A stretch of DNA of 54,461 nt, the filler included, from Sphacelaria rigidula (taxonomy: Eukaryota), in assembly GCA_964200075.2 (NCBI GenBank). It is 5 parts of 5 records of this genome, joined end to end, with 100 filler letters (N's around TTAATTAATTAA, not from the genome) between each part and the next. Parts side by side here need not be neighbours in the genome. Positions count along the whole stretch, not along the records: positions 21,828 to 32,639 come from CAXNAA020005867.1; positions 32,740 to 43,550 come from CAXNAA020005868.1; 3 more parts are not named here. One strand, given 5' to 3'. The position numbers were made by a program, and so were the translations under genes. The number at the start of each line of letters is the position of its first letter. The stretch's first letter is position 1. Shown here in pieces: positions 22,068 through 33,643 of this stretch. Below the pieces are notes generated by a model, which did no database searches, had not been told where the DNA came from, and was given only the letters and a program-made list of their open reading frames with translations.

Positions 22068-25000
22068 CTGTTGAGGCCCTGTCCTGTGTTAAGCAGGCGA
22101 TATGTCGCCTTTCCCGAAAGCAAATCGCTGTCCGCAAAGTACCACAACCTGAGGGGGACAGAGCACAGAACGTAACAGTTATGCTCAGGTGCGTAGTAGT
22201 ACTTAGGAGATGACAGCAGCTTTCCGTGGACGGAATAAGAGATGAGAGATGAGAGTATTTATTGAATTACTTGGATCCGTCGGATTCGCTCTACTATCCA
22301 CATTTCTCACATCACCTAGTCACCTATTAGTAGTCACCTCGCAACAGTGACAAATGTGCCAGTCACAAAAGGTATGCCTGTTGCGTACATGGGCTCACGA
22401 GGATGTTGCTAGCGCAGGAGACTCACCGGTACATGTTGCGCATGGCATCGCTCCATAGTCTCAGACTCTGCATGACGAACGTGAACTGCGTGCGATGGTC
22501 GTGGGAGAGCATCGCCGTTGAGGGTCCAAACATTGACAACCCGTATCCTCCTCTGGAGTGCAAACAAAAGCCGTAGGGTGAGTGCTTGTACACAAAGAAT
22601 AAGTCAACGAAACGGTACTCGTAGTTTTTGCCGTGTATCTTGTTGAAAGAGTTTGAACTACCGTTGTAGTAGAGCTACCGTATTCTGCAGAGAGACAGGC
22701 ACCATCTCACCCGTAGCCGTAGGAGCCAAACGACCCGTAGCCGGAGTTGAACGATGCCGATGAAAACCTACGGTTTCGCAGCCAAAACATGACAAGGCGA
22801 CACGTGTCAAGGCAGACGATCATGTACCCGACAGTGCATGCATACCCGGTTTCCATCTAACGTGCAGAGCGAAACTCTGGAATGCATCTGCTAGCGCACC
22901 TCTTCCTGCCCCCTGTTCCTGTTAGCTTCAGGCTCCAGTCTTCCTCGGGTTTATCAGGGTGAAAATTGCTCTGCAGGAGGTCAAGCATTCTGAACACAAG
23001 CGACAGAAAAGGGTGCGGGGGCGACGAACGAAGGGGCTAGATGACATGAAGCTCGCAGACCCCAAATACAAGCACTTACATAGATGAACGCCCCTGTTCA
23101 TAGATACGCCATACCTCCATAACAAGAAACCAAGCACGTATACCAACAAGCATGCTCACAATAACCGACGACGTACGGACCGGGTGCTCCTAGCGCTCCA
23201 ACACAGGCTGCTTCACGGTCAACACCTTAACCCTTTTGGAACCCGTTGATGACTTTTGTTTTTGTGAATCGGCATCGTTTTCAGTCATTTTCAAGTCAAA
23301 ATGATGCCGATTCACAAAAACAAGAATCGTCAGTGGGTTCCAAAAGGGTTTTTGGAGTCAGACCCTGAAAATTTCCACACATGTACTGTAGATGTACCGT
23401 AAGTCATTACGAAACTATCTGAGCATGTATTTTCTTCTTCACCGTTGCCTCGCCCGTTGTCGGGGGCCCCAGTTATTTTGGGGATTTAGGGGGATCGCAT
23501 ACCTTTTGGGGGCTCCCGACTACGGGCGAAATAATACGTGATGAAAAAAAGTCCTCAGAAAGTTTCCTAATGGCCTAGAGTGCATGTGTGAATTTTTCAG
23601 AGTCAAGCTTTGCGCAAGTGTGCGCTGGAGTGCCCCGTGCCCAGTACAACCTTCCAGCTAGTTGATTCCAGTATGGAAACAGAACGCGTTTTGGGACGTG
23701 AAAACGACCCCGTATAAATAGCATCAATTGGTCGACATTCACAACGAAACTTGGTACAAATGTCCATGTCCATTAGGCTACCCCGTGATCAATGTTGTCA
23801 TCATCTTTTGTTTTGAGGCATTCCGTACGGCCTTTCGGGGGTATAGCCAACGAGACCGCCGGAAGTCGGTAAGGAGGGGAGAAACTTGTCATATTCTTCA
23901 AACAGTATACTTCTTCACTTGGACCATCACAAACAGGACTGCCCAGTTTGAGGGCGATCTGAGTCCTTCTAGGACACATACAAGGGGAAACATCCGGAGG
24001 CTTTCTGGGTCTTTGATGTATATCATCAGTGAAATCTCACCACACTAAGCCCCACGTCGCCGAAAAACTACGGGTTTGGGTGTGATTCGATCCCATCGTA
24101 ACCGCTTTCACATATGTACTTTTCCCCGATGGATGCCCGAGCTGAGGTCGGTTACTGCAACTTGAAGCATTTGGCAAGTGGGTAAAAATGGATGAGAAAT
24201 TCGTGGAATCAATTTTAGAATATTTTGGAGGCCGCTGATAGGACGAGGCACCTTCCTCTTCCTACCGCCATCGCCACGGCTGTAAGTAAAAAATCGGCCT
24301 TGTCTATGGCGGTCAGCATGATACCACGTATACGACTATCGAGTATATTTGGGGTGCTTACTGTGAATCAGCCTTTGGCAGCGTGGTAAAATGGAATGGG
24401 ATGTACGGTCACGAAGACGGACATTAGTTCATTTTTGGTCGAGTACGCATTAGAAGCTGTCAGATCTGCGTTCTCACGGCTGACGTGTAAGGTCCGTATG
24501 TTCAGCGTCGGTGCACAAAATGCTTAACAAAACGCTTGGTGCATGCGCGTGTTATTTCGTTGGTAAAACGATTGGCTGTGTATTCTGGCCTAAACTCTTT
24601 CAGAGCTGCAGAATTATAATATAGGAAGACGGCTGACGGGGTTGAAATTAGGTTAAAATGGGATGAAAAATCTACGAACGAAATCGATCCAAAAATAATC
24701 TTATAGCAAACTATTTGATAAAAAGCATTCTAGCTTTACTTCTCCCTCACCTCTCGACCGGGGCAACGTTGAAAGCGATGTAGTTGTTGGCGTCTGCAAT
24801 TGAATCCAGTACTCGCTCGACATCCTCTTTGGAAAAAGTGTCTGAAACGTACTTTCGCAGCAGCTGTTTCCGTGCCTCCACTTTTGAGGCGACCTTTTCG
24901 CGTACCTGACATGTGTGCATTATATTGTAACAGTGAACAACACGCATGGGTGGAGCGGCACAGCAGGCCGAATGAGTGGAGTTGCTACGTGGACAGCGGT

Positions 25001-27995
25001 TCGTCATTTCGACGGAAATGAACCAGCCATCCTTGGCCAAGCAAAAATGGCCACTGGTACCCCATGTCCTCCGACTCTACGCACGAGTGTCACGGCAGAA
25101 GCAATCCACACCTCGGCTTTGTTCATGGAGATGCCGGACACGTCTGCAGTCGCCGCCACCACCCGCTTATCCTTCAGAAGTGCCAGTCCGCCCCTCTCCT
25201 CCACAAAGGAATATACCATCTACACAGTCAGAAGTCAAGGCCAACAAGGACACGGAGCAAGCACCTTGATCACCGGGGTATTTGGAGGATCACGCATATG
25301 ATCGTAAGATGGCGACGGTAGCGACATCGATTCGACAAGAGGTGTAACTTGTTCATGCCAAGAGCGCTGCCGGCGGAACCATTGTCTTAAACTTTGGCAA
25401 CACTGTCTGACATAAACCGATTCACACAGCGACAGGTTGTATTCCAACGAGTAAACAACGCGATCGATCATTGGAACACGACGAAACACCTGGATGTCGT
25501 TGACGAGGTTCAACCCTGCTCGGCCTGACGCTTGCGCGTCCTGGAGCATGAACATCATCTTCCCATAAAAGCTCCTAAACTTGTCCGGGTTCGTGATTTT
25601 GAACCGTCGCCCCACCTGAAACACACGAATCACCAACAGTAACAACGGTGAGAAAATGTGACACAACTTCGTCGCTCATGAGTCCATTGACGCCAGAACC
25701 AACACGTGGAAGCCAGCAGAGCTTTCTATAGTCTACAAGACGATGGATTCTCCGCATGGACGAGTGAAGTATCATTGCGAAGACTGTCGAAATCCGGAGA
25801 ACAACCCACTATTACATTATCGAAGAAATACAGCGAGGCAGATGGCGCCATGTAAGACCTACTACCATCCGGAAGGGGTGCTTACTGTGCGCCGCTTTAT
25901 ATTTCAGCACTGGGATTGACCTCTCAGGAGTATTAAATCATGGGCATGGTTTGAGTTCCTTCGCAGGTGCGATTCCTGCAAAAAAAATCAGAACTCGGTA
26001 CTTGAACATTTTGGGGGTACAGTAGAAGGGCGTTGTCGATATTTTGCTGGTCAGTGCTTACAGATCATACCTCGAAGATTTCGGCGAACACTTCTTGGTT
26101 GTTCTCTAAATGCTCGTGTAGATCAGCCATTTTTTCGCCTGACTTCGCGTCCCCTGCGCAAGACAACGGCAACGAGACGAATCGTCACTGGTGGGCTCGT
26201 GAGACGTCCTCCTCGTTTTTCCTGGTCATGACCAGTCAAACTCTGGCCGGTCATGGCACGTTCAAGTAGCGGACTAGGCGCACCAAAACATGTGCTCCCA
26301 TGCTTGAATGTGCAACGGCAAGACCAAGCCATCCCAGCAACTCACCTGCCACCATCATCCCAGCGAGTGCTTTTAATGCGGCATGAAGCTCCGCATTGAT
26401 CGTTCGCTGCTTGTTCCACCTAGTGAACACATCGACCCTGAAAATCAAGCAGCAAAGTTACGACCACAAACCTCCGGAAGTGTGCGACTGAAATGGTAAT
26501 AATGGATATTAAACTCAGGTTACCGTAGCGGCATTGTAAAAATATAACGGTCGGAGGCATGTAACACGTATATAATTTATGGATACACATTCCGACAGTC
26601 ACGCCTCTCTTACCTGTCTGTGTACTGTGAAAAGTTTAATGCACCCTTCAGCATCGCCAACAGACCACGCTCCCTCTGGTTCAATCGTAAGGGGATGAAG
26701 TGGCATTCCTCCAGCACGCTTGATCCATCCAAGCCAACAGCCAATCCGCGCAAACATCGCCTTTTCGAACGACGCTTGACTACGTTGCATAAAACCACGG
26801 CAGAGCAACCATCAAATGTGAAGAAGCGAATGTTTGCTCGTCAGTTTTTTTGCTTGTTCTTGTTTTGTTTGAGACTTGATACTAGGTTCACTCGGTTTGT
26901 TCGATTACTTTGTTTTTCCCCCCCCCTTTTTGTTGGCGAGCGTTTCTGTTTTGCTTATTTCGCTTTTTCGAGTAAGTCCATCTTATGACCACAGCTGGGT
27001 CTCTCACTCAGGGATCCGTCTGTTGATGTGTTTCAGTCAGTCAATCAATCGAGTCAATCAGTGCACCGGTCGCACGACAAGCAGCAACGCAGCCCGGTAT
27101 GGGCGTGGGTTTTGGCCACGCTTCCCTACACCGTCCGGTCAGCAGTCCAGACCACAGATAGCAGCAAAAACTTGCACGAGAAGCAGTGTGAAGAACGCTG
27201 AGTGTGCAACACACACAGTCGACCCTCACCCCTGGGTTCATCGCCTTCGCTGTCCTGGGACCCGTCTGCATCGTCGTCCGAGGCATGGGCTCCATCCATT
27301 GCTTCATCGTCGTCCGAGTCCAAGCTTTCGTCCGCATCCGAATGGCTAGTCTCGGGCCTGTGCTCGCTCTCAACCACAGCCTGTGCCGGCGGAAGAGGGG
27401 CAAGCTCCCGTGATGTTTCTGTTGTAGGTGCTGGCATGAGCTCTCCAAGCATGGCCTGGGTAGTGTGTTCGGCACGCTTGCCTTGCCTGCGTTTCTCGGA
27501 AAAAATAGATAGATGGGCCCAGATTTCAAGGTTGTTGTACAAGCGAAGCGGTTCGCGCACGTCGTTCAAGGTTTCAGGTATCGTCACCCTGGTCGACCCA
27601 CTGGTCCTCACCACAACGCACCAAGTAATAAAAAAAAATACTTGTCCACCAAGAACAGTGATCTCACTCTAAACAGCGAACCCGCTGGGTCACGGTGTTT
27701 ACCTATGCAGCGAACCCCAACAAGGCCGGCAGAAGGGTTCGTCACAGGTGAGACAAACCAGCTCCGCATGCTGATCTTCGCACTCGATACAGCTCTGGAC
27801 CTCGTTTCGCATGTTGTCTGTCGCTGTGGCGTTATCTGCCGGCGCCTGGGATGACCGATTTGCTGCAGACCGCGAATTTGACAAATTATGTTCGCCCGCG
27901 TCCATACCCTGACGCAAACTCCCCACTCGAGAGTCTCCAGCGTCATCCACTGACATGATCGAGGCATGGGGCTCCATATTTTCTGCGGCCAGCAT
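22068..27995 (-). CDS. B-box zinc finger + DUF2009 (UPF0652) domain protein, 3'-truncated by the contig end
   Basis: Twelve GT-AG, phase-compatible exons: 27995-27703, 27486-27230, 26779-26614, 26437-26346, 26153-26070, 25615-25490, 25219-25112, 24905-24751, 22989-22900, 22767-22711, 22552-22427, 22148-22068. Motifs: B-box CIECEDQHAELVCLTCDEPFCRPCWGSLHRQGKRAEH; DUF2009-type FIPLRLN..R.LL.ML.GALNFSQYTD, FEVGRRFKITNPDKFRSFYGKMMFMLQD, LSHDHRTQFTFVMQSLRLW and YRLLNTGQGLNR. Confidence 0.9.
23227..23350. mobile_element. piggyBac-like fold-back MITE (TTAA-CCC...GGG), intronic
   Basis: ttaacccttttggaaccc..tttttgtgaatcggcatc / gatgccgattcacaaaaa..gggttccaaaagggtt; almost entirely palindromic. Confidence 0.8.
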
Positions 27996-29079
27996 TTTCT
28001 GCTCCTCAAGAACGATTGAAGGGCCCACGATCATCACGAGCAAGATCATCCACCATCAGCTCTTTCAAAATGCATTTGAAGTAACTATACGTTACTTGAC
28101 CAATCAATCACCTTCGTCGGTGCAGCAAGAGCGGATTGATTCACTGCAGTGGAAGACTATCCTCGAACTCAACAGACGAATCAGCACGAGTAGCGCTCTT
28201 GTTACAGTACACCTGGCATGTCTGGTACACCAAGTGCATTGCAAAAGACATCGAGGTAGCAAATGAGAAATAAAACAGAAGTGGGCGAACCGGGCAACAA
28301 GGAAGCTTTAACACAGGACATCAACCACCTTCGTGGACATTTCTCGCACCAGGACGAGTATAATGTCAATACTCCGAGTAGTAGAGTAAGCCAGATACAA
28401 CAGAAGGGTATAGTACAATGTTTCTCGCACAAGGTAAGTGTCTGCGTTTCTCGCAAAGGGTAAGGGAGCTTGGATCCACGAATGTATGTACGGTACAACT
28501 TCATACGTCCAACCACGACAGCAAGCAGTGCAGTCAGTCTCAGTCGTAGTCTCTCACCATTACGTCGCCAGCGCTTTGCCGTCGCACATCACAGACTCTG
28601 GCCCGCACTCGTTCGGGGAGACTACTGGCAATGCTGTGATCCACTTCACTATCCTTGGACTGTTCCAGTTCATTGACTTCATCCGGCTCCATCGTTGATC
28701 GTCAGCTGAATGTGGAAACTCTTTCCGCAACACAGCACCACCACCCCCTCCCCATAGTGATGCACATCTGCAGTCATGGCGAACACTAAGCTAACTGTGT
28801 TTTTTCACCGTCATATTTGATCACTGAAGCATATCCCGTTTGTCAGTACTGTAGTACAACAATAGTAAGTACTCTGTGCTGGTGTATTTGAGTCATGCTC
28901 CAAACTAGAATATGACAATCCAAAGTTCTTAGTGGCCGTTTGTATTTATTCCCTAAAGAGCCGAGTCGTAAGGTAGAGTTACACGGCGAGCACCGTCACC
29001 ATTGTATAGTATTATACATCGAGGCGCTTCGCTGGACTTGGAGTAGCACGGTAGCGGCTCGGGGGGAGGCGGGGTAAGT

Positions 29080-31403
29080 ATGATGCGTGCCGGGGGCCTA
29101 CGGGGAACCATGCAACAGTGCTTGGGAGAGCTACGGGACAGCGACCTCCCCGCTGATTTCAAGCTGGCTCAGACAAGGTCGCTCTTACGCTACCTTCGAG
29201 AAGTCAAGAGCTTGGTCAATCATGTGAAGACCGAGTCCGGATTTGAGTGTGATACGACGGCCTACTTGGACATACTGTGTGCCAAGGAGGAGTCCAACTT
29301 GCTTCGCCGCGTGTCAGACACTAGGATCCTTAAGCAGGTGACAACCCATAGGTAAACCTATGCTCTGTGCCAAGCCCGATGGGCTGCAAATTGCCTAACG
29401 GGCAAGTGCATCTGTATTTTTTTCCCCCGGTTCACCAGTCAAATGTGCGCGACATCTGAATCTGTACTCGTCGAGCCACAGGACTAGACCAGGGTGCACG
29501 GTCACTATGGCAACGCACCTGCACACGAACAAATCACCCACGAGCGAGCATCAATTTGTTCGCTCCATTTGTACGTCGAATCCTCTCGTGCTTGAGGTTC
29601 CGATCGCCATCCAACCCGCTAATGTTTTACGCGGCGTCTTAGCGTTTGACATGAACTGTACTACAAATCTTTGTTTCTCCGCGATTCTTGGCCACCCTAC
29701 CGGTAAAGACATCCGGTCGACTGTGCAACAGACACGAGTGTTTTCCCTGTAAAACACTACTGACAACGAGACCTCGCGTTGCAGAGTACACGAGTATGAC
29801 AAACGTCGGCTCTCTGACTGCTTCTTGCTGTCATGGTACACATACTGGCGTGTGTGGAATGGGTGCTTGCAGGATTTCGACGAGAAGCGGAGGGAGTGGA
29901 GGAAAAAAAAGAAGAATGTGATCAATGCCATCAGCGAGATGAACGCACGAGCCCTCAAGTTCGAGTGCAACGAGAAGAAGACCATCGCCCTCTATGCCAT
30001 ACAGTATTACAAGGTTTGTATGCACCTACTAGAGTATAGAAATAGCAATTTCTTTGCTTGTTGTATTTTTCGCGCAATCTCGGATTTTCGCGCACATTCT
30101 CGGTGTCGTTCGTGACTGTTCATGTACAGGAAGAAATTGGAAATTGGAGCGTTTGCCGATGATGGTGACACCTGAACTCACAAGATTCGAAAGCAGAACT
30201 GTTTGCCCTCTGTTTCGCAGAACTCTTGTGTTTAGGCTACGGACAGAAAGGTCTGCGTGGTCAAAGTAGTCAATCTCATCATTGCACATGGCCTGGTGCC
30301 ATCGTTTGCGGGAACTTGTAGTCCTACTGGGTTGACAACCATCAGTACTGCATCCATGGGCACATAGACTGCGGGGTGACGGGAAAATTCAGATTGTATA
30401 GCACGACATGATGGTACCGCGGAGCAGGGGTCGCGCCGACGGTTGTGCCCCGCTTGATCCCTGGCCCTAGCCCTAGCCCTAACCTATCCGGTACTTTCCC
30501 GCCGTTATCGGCACACACGAGCTCCCTTTCTCGAGCTTTCGTACAAGTAAACGCCTGTCGGTCAATTCTGGCGCATTTCCTTGACCACACACCGCGTGTC
30601 CGCCCCGTACCAATACCACGTATCGACTCGTTGCCACATGTAGAATAAAAACACCAGTCAGGCTAACCGTGTTCACATTCCCGAACCACCTTGAACCTTC
30701 AGAGAATGGTTCTCGCTACTGGTTGATCGATTGACTTCGTACTACGTCTTCAAGTACGTTGTGCTGGTGAATCGAGGACAGCTTCTCGTAACCGGGCGCC
30801 CAACCCAAGCCTCAGCTCCGCGCAGACGATAATCCTTTGGCGACAGTGGAGCAAAGGGTACCTACCCAATATCGATGTGCTTTGCCCAAGGCGGCGCCAC
30901 ACGCGACGAGTTGCGCAAAAAACGATGTGCTTGCGATTGCGAGCAGCATCACCATATGAATCCCATAAGATGACGAACTCGCATGAACTCTGCTTAACCT
31001 TGGACAGAACGTGATGGCCAAAGACGATGGAGCAATCCCTGGAGAGAGTGAGAGCACAGACGGTCTTATTGAGCAGTACCGGAGGTGAGGCAGGACTCGC
31101 TGTCCATCTTTGCTCGAAATAGGCCGCCACCCGTGGGATGAACGCCCGATTTTTTCATGCGGGTGCTCATGATTGTAAGCTACATCGAGTATGTTTAGCA
31201 CAACAGTGTCTGTTCTTCGCGCAGCGTGTCATGCCACGTGCAGTATTCTTGTTGTAGAGCTCTGCCCTTCCTATACATTTGGAGAAATCATGAATATACT
31301 GGACTCGACCGCACACTACGACTTGGCGGGAAACACGAACGAATCGCAAAATTTCTCGAGGTATATCGAATGGTTTTACCGAGATGATACTAGTAGACAT
31401 TGA
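29080..31403 (+). pseudogene. Hypothetical multi-exon gene, probably degraded in its 3' half
   Basis: Coding-like exons 29080-29337 (MMRAGGLRG...RILKQ|gt) and 29771-30013 (..WRVWNGCLQDFDEKRREWRKKKKNVINAISEMNARALKFE..YYK|gt) join in phase. Downstream candidate exons (~30130, ~30790-31084, ~31258) require stops or frameshifts. Confidence 0.45.
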
Positions 31404-31783
31404 GAAGCCCAGGATGACTTCCCAGGTAGGGAAAGACCGGCGTGACGATGATGCTACAGCACCGTTCAGATTGTAGGTTCCTGCACACACTTTTATCACC
31501 GGCACGTGAAATTATTTCTCACGTTTTCAGCCCCGGGCAACATACTCGTATCAGCATATCCCGCCACCCTTCGCCGTTTTCGGATTAATATCATCATGCT
31601 CGTTATCAACGTCAAGTAGAAGACTTTCTAGTTTCTGCGCTTCAAAACCTGTCTACAGTACAGTAAGCAAACAAGGTCTAAAGCAAGCCTACCGCTCGAA
31701 GAGCTTGGCTAGAGTAATTTTAACAACCATTACAAAAAGCTGCAGCGCCATTGCTACGTAGCTTAGCATTTTTGCCCAGGTCC

Positions 31784-31889
31784 TTAAGCCTTAGACCGCG
31801 AGATTAATCTTCCGTTGAATCGGCATCAATTTCAAGTGGAAAAAAGTATGCATGATCCAGAAAGACCAATCTCGCGGTCTAAGGTTTGA
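31784..31889. mobile_element. ~100-bp piggyBac-like MITE (CCTTAGACCGCGAGATT...AATCTCGCGGTCTAAGG)
   Basis: TTAA at the left end, ~20-bp TIRs, and internal ttgaatcggcatcaatttcaagtg shared with the 41752-43550 copies. Confidence 0.85.
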
Positions 31890-32039
31890 TCCTTGTGGGA
31901 CCAACCCCCCACTAACCCAGGGTTGACCCTGTGTTGATGTAGTAATCAAGGAAAATGTAAAGAAACGACATGCCCAATCACGGCGAGGCGAAATTTATCG
32001 ACCAGACCCGAACGACCACCGCGGGGCAGTAGACTTTAG

Positions 32040-32369
32040 CACTCGGTAGTTGACAGATAGTTCTCGGAAATTTCCGGTTTGTGACAGGTGCAGTATTGGA
32101 TTTTAGTGCGGACACTGGAATCCGGATCTTTGAAGGGGCTATGCTCCTGGCGTGCTCCTAGCGTGCGCAGAACGCGTAAATCGGCGCCTTGGGCGCCGAT
32201 TTGAGGTCTGGCAACGCACACTTCGCCTGAGGCACACCTTTCACCCATCTTGCCCGAGGGTTCTCGGCATGTCTTCGTTGGGGTTAGGGTTAGGGTTAGT
32301 GTTATTCGAAATGCATCAGCACCTGCACAAACCATAAATTTCCGAGAAATATCTGTCAACTCCCGAGTG
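32040..32369. mobile_element. Inverted-repeat-bounded element carrying the TTAGGG cassette
   Basis: Ends cactcggtagttgacagatagttctcggaaattt / aaatttccgagaaatatctgtcaactcccgagtg. Interior gctcctagcgtgcgcag..ggcgccgatttgaggtctggcaacgcacactt..ggggttagggttagggttag. Confidence 0.75.
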
Positions 32370-32639
32370 GTGAAGTCACCTCGCGCGGGGATTGTTGTCG
32401 AGTGTGATGCCACTGCAAAGATCGTGTGGGGGCCCTATCCCTGGCCCAGATAAGCCTCTCCAGGTTTCCAGATAAAGGGTGGTCGCAGCTTGGTTTTCTG
32501 GTATTACTTGCATTCAGGGTAGCGTTCCCGAGATTTTCCTGGAGGGGAGGGGTGGCGTATTCATTTGTAGGTTGCCTCAGTCGTGTGATCATTGACCACA
32601 CATCCCTTTCGAGACGGAGCACCAGATTTTCCTGAAGGG

Positions 32640-32739
32640 NNNNNNNNNNNNNNNNNNNNNNNNNNNNNNNNNNNNNNNNNNNNTTAATTAATTAANNNNN
32701 NNNNNNNNNNNNNNNNNNNNNNNNNNNNNNNNNNNNNNN
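32640..32739. other. Artificial contig spacer
   Basis: N44-TTAATTAATTAA-N44. Confidence 0.97.
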
Positions 32740-32965
32740 GAAGCCTACTGATTATCTTGCATTTGGATGACAGCCTCCAATGAGTTGCTTCATTTTCTGG
32801 TATCGCCACTTCCAGAGACAGCCACGGCTTATACACTGCCTCATGGGTGCGTCACCCTGGTGAGGGGGGTGTACTCATGATCATGCATGCCATAGTCATC
32901 AGACCACTGACCTCGCATCCCTACAAAGCCGGGACGGAGCACGCCGGATTTTCGCCGGACCAGGG
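32740..32965 (+). repeat. Dispersed repeat (modules B then A), homologous to 5505-5770
   Basis: Both modules match directly, in reversed order. Confidence 0.85.
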
Positions 32966-33643
32966 GGAGGGGCGTACGGGGGAAAGTACACGAGGACGCC
33001 TCGAGGCGGAGAGAGGGCTCTCAAAAGTTCTAAGTGGTGCTAACACATTGAAATGTTTCTTTATTTTTTCCGTGCGCTGGAAAGCTTGACCAACGTGAAT
33101 ATAATCTGGGGGTACCTTCCCCCCGCCACCCCCCCCTCCCCCGCCGCCTTTGCGCCGTCTAAGCGGACCTTGTAGAGTACTTGTGGAGGAATGGATGTGT
33201 CGGGGGGGGAAGGGTCCAGACACCTGCATGGCCGATGGGGGCGTATCACCTTCATCATTTGGGTTGATCTCGTACGGTGGTTTGAGGGGGACAGGCACTC
33301 GCTACGAATTCGATTATTCTCCCAACATCTTCTGTACTTCGGGGATGAAAACGAACAGCGTTTTTGCTGCGGTAGAAATATTTTCTGATGAGAAGAAAAT
33401 TTGGGTGGAGGCCAAGTGTTCGAAATGTTCCCAGACGAATGGAGAGTACACATTCGATACGGTTAACTGGACAGTGTGGGAGGATCCCGCACTCGAGCGG
33501 TGTGTCTCGTCGGTCGGGGAAAAGTCAAAACAATTTTGTCTTCTCCCACCCCGATTAACTGCTCTCAACAAGCAGCTTGATAGATGTGTTAGCGATTCGG
33601 GTCTGGTTATTAGATCTTGTGCATGCCCTCGATATTTCCGTGC

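Noticed and set aside
22237-22270. LINE 3' tail ((GAGAT)n plus minus-strand AATAAA)
   Set aside because: It lies in a 278-bp intron of the DUF2009 gene, and the adjacent sequence is host exon, not reverse transcriptase.
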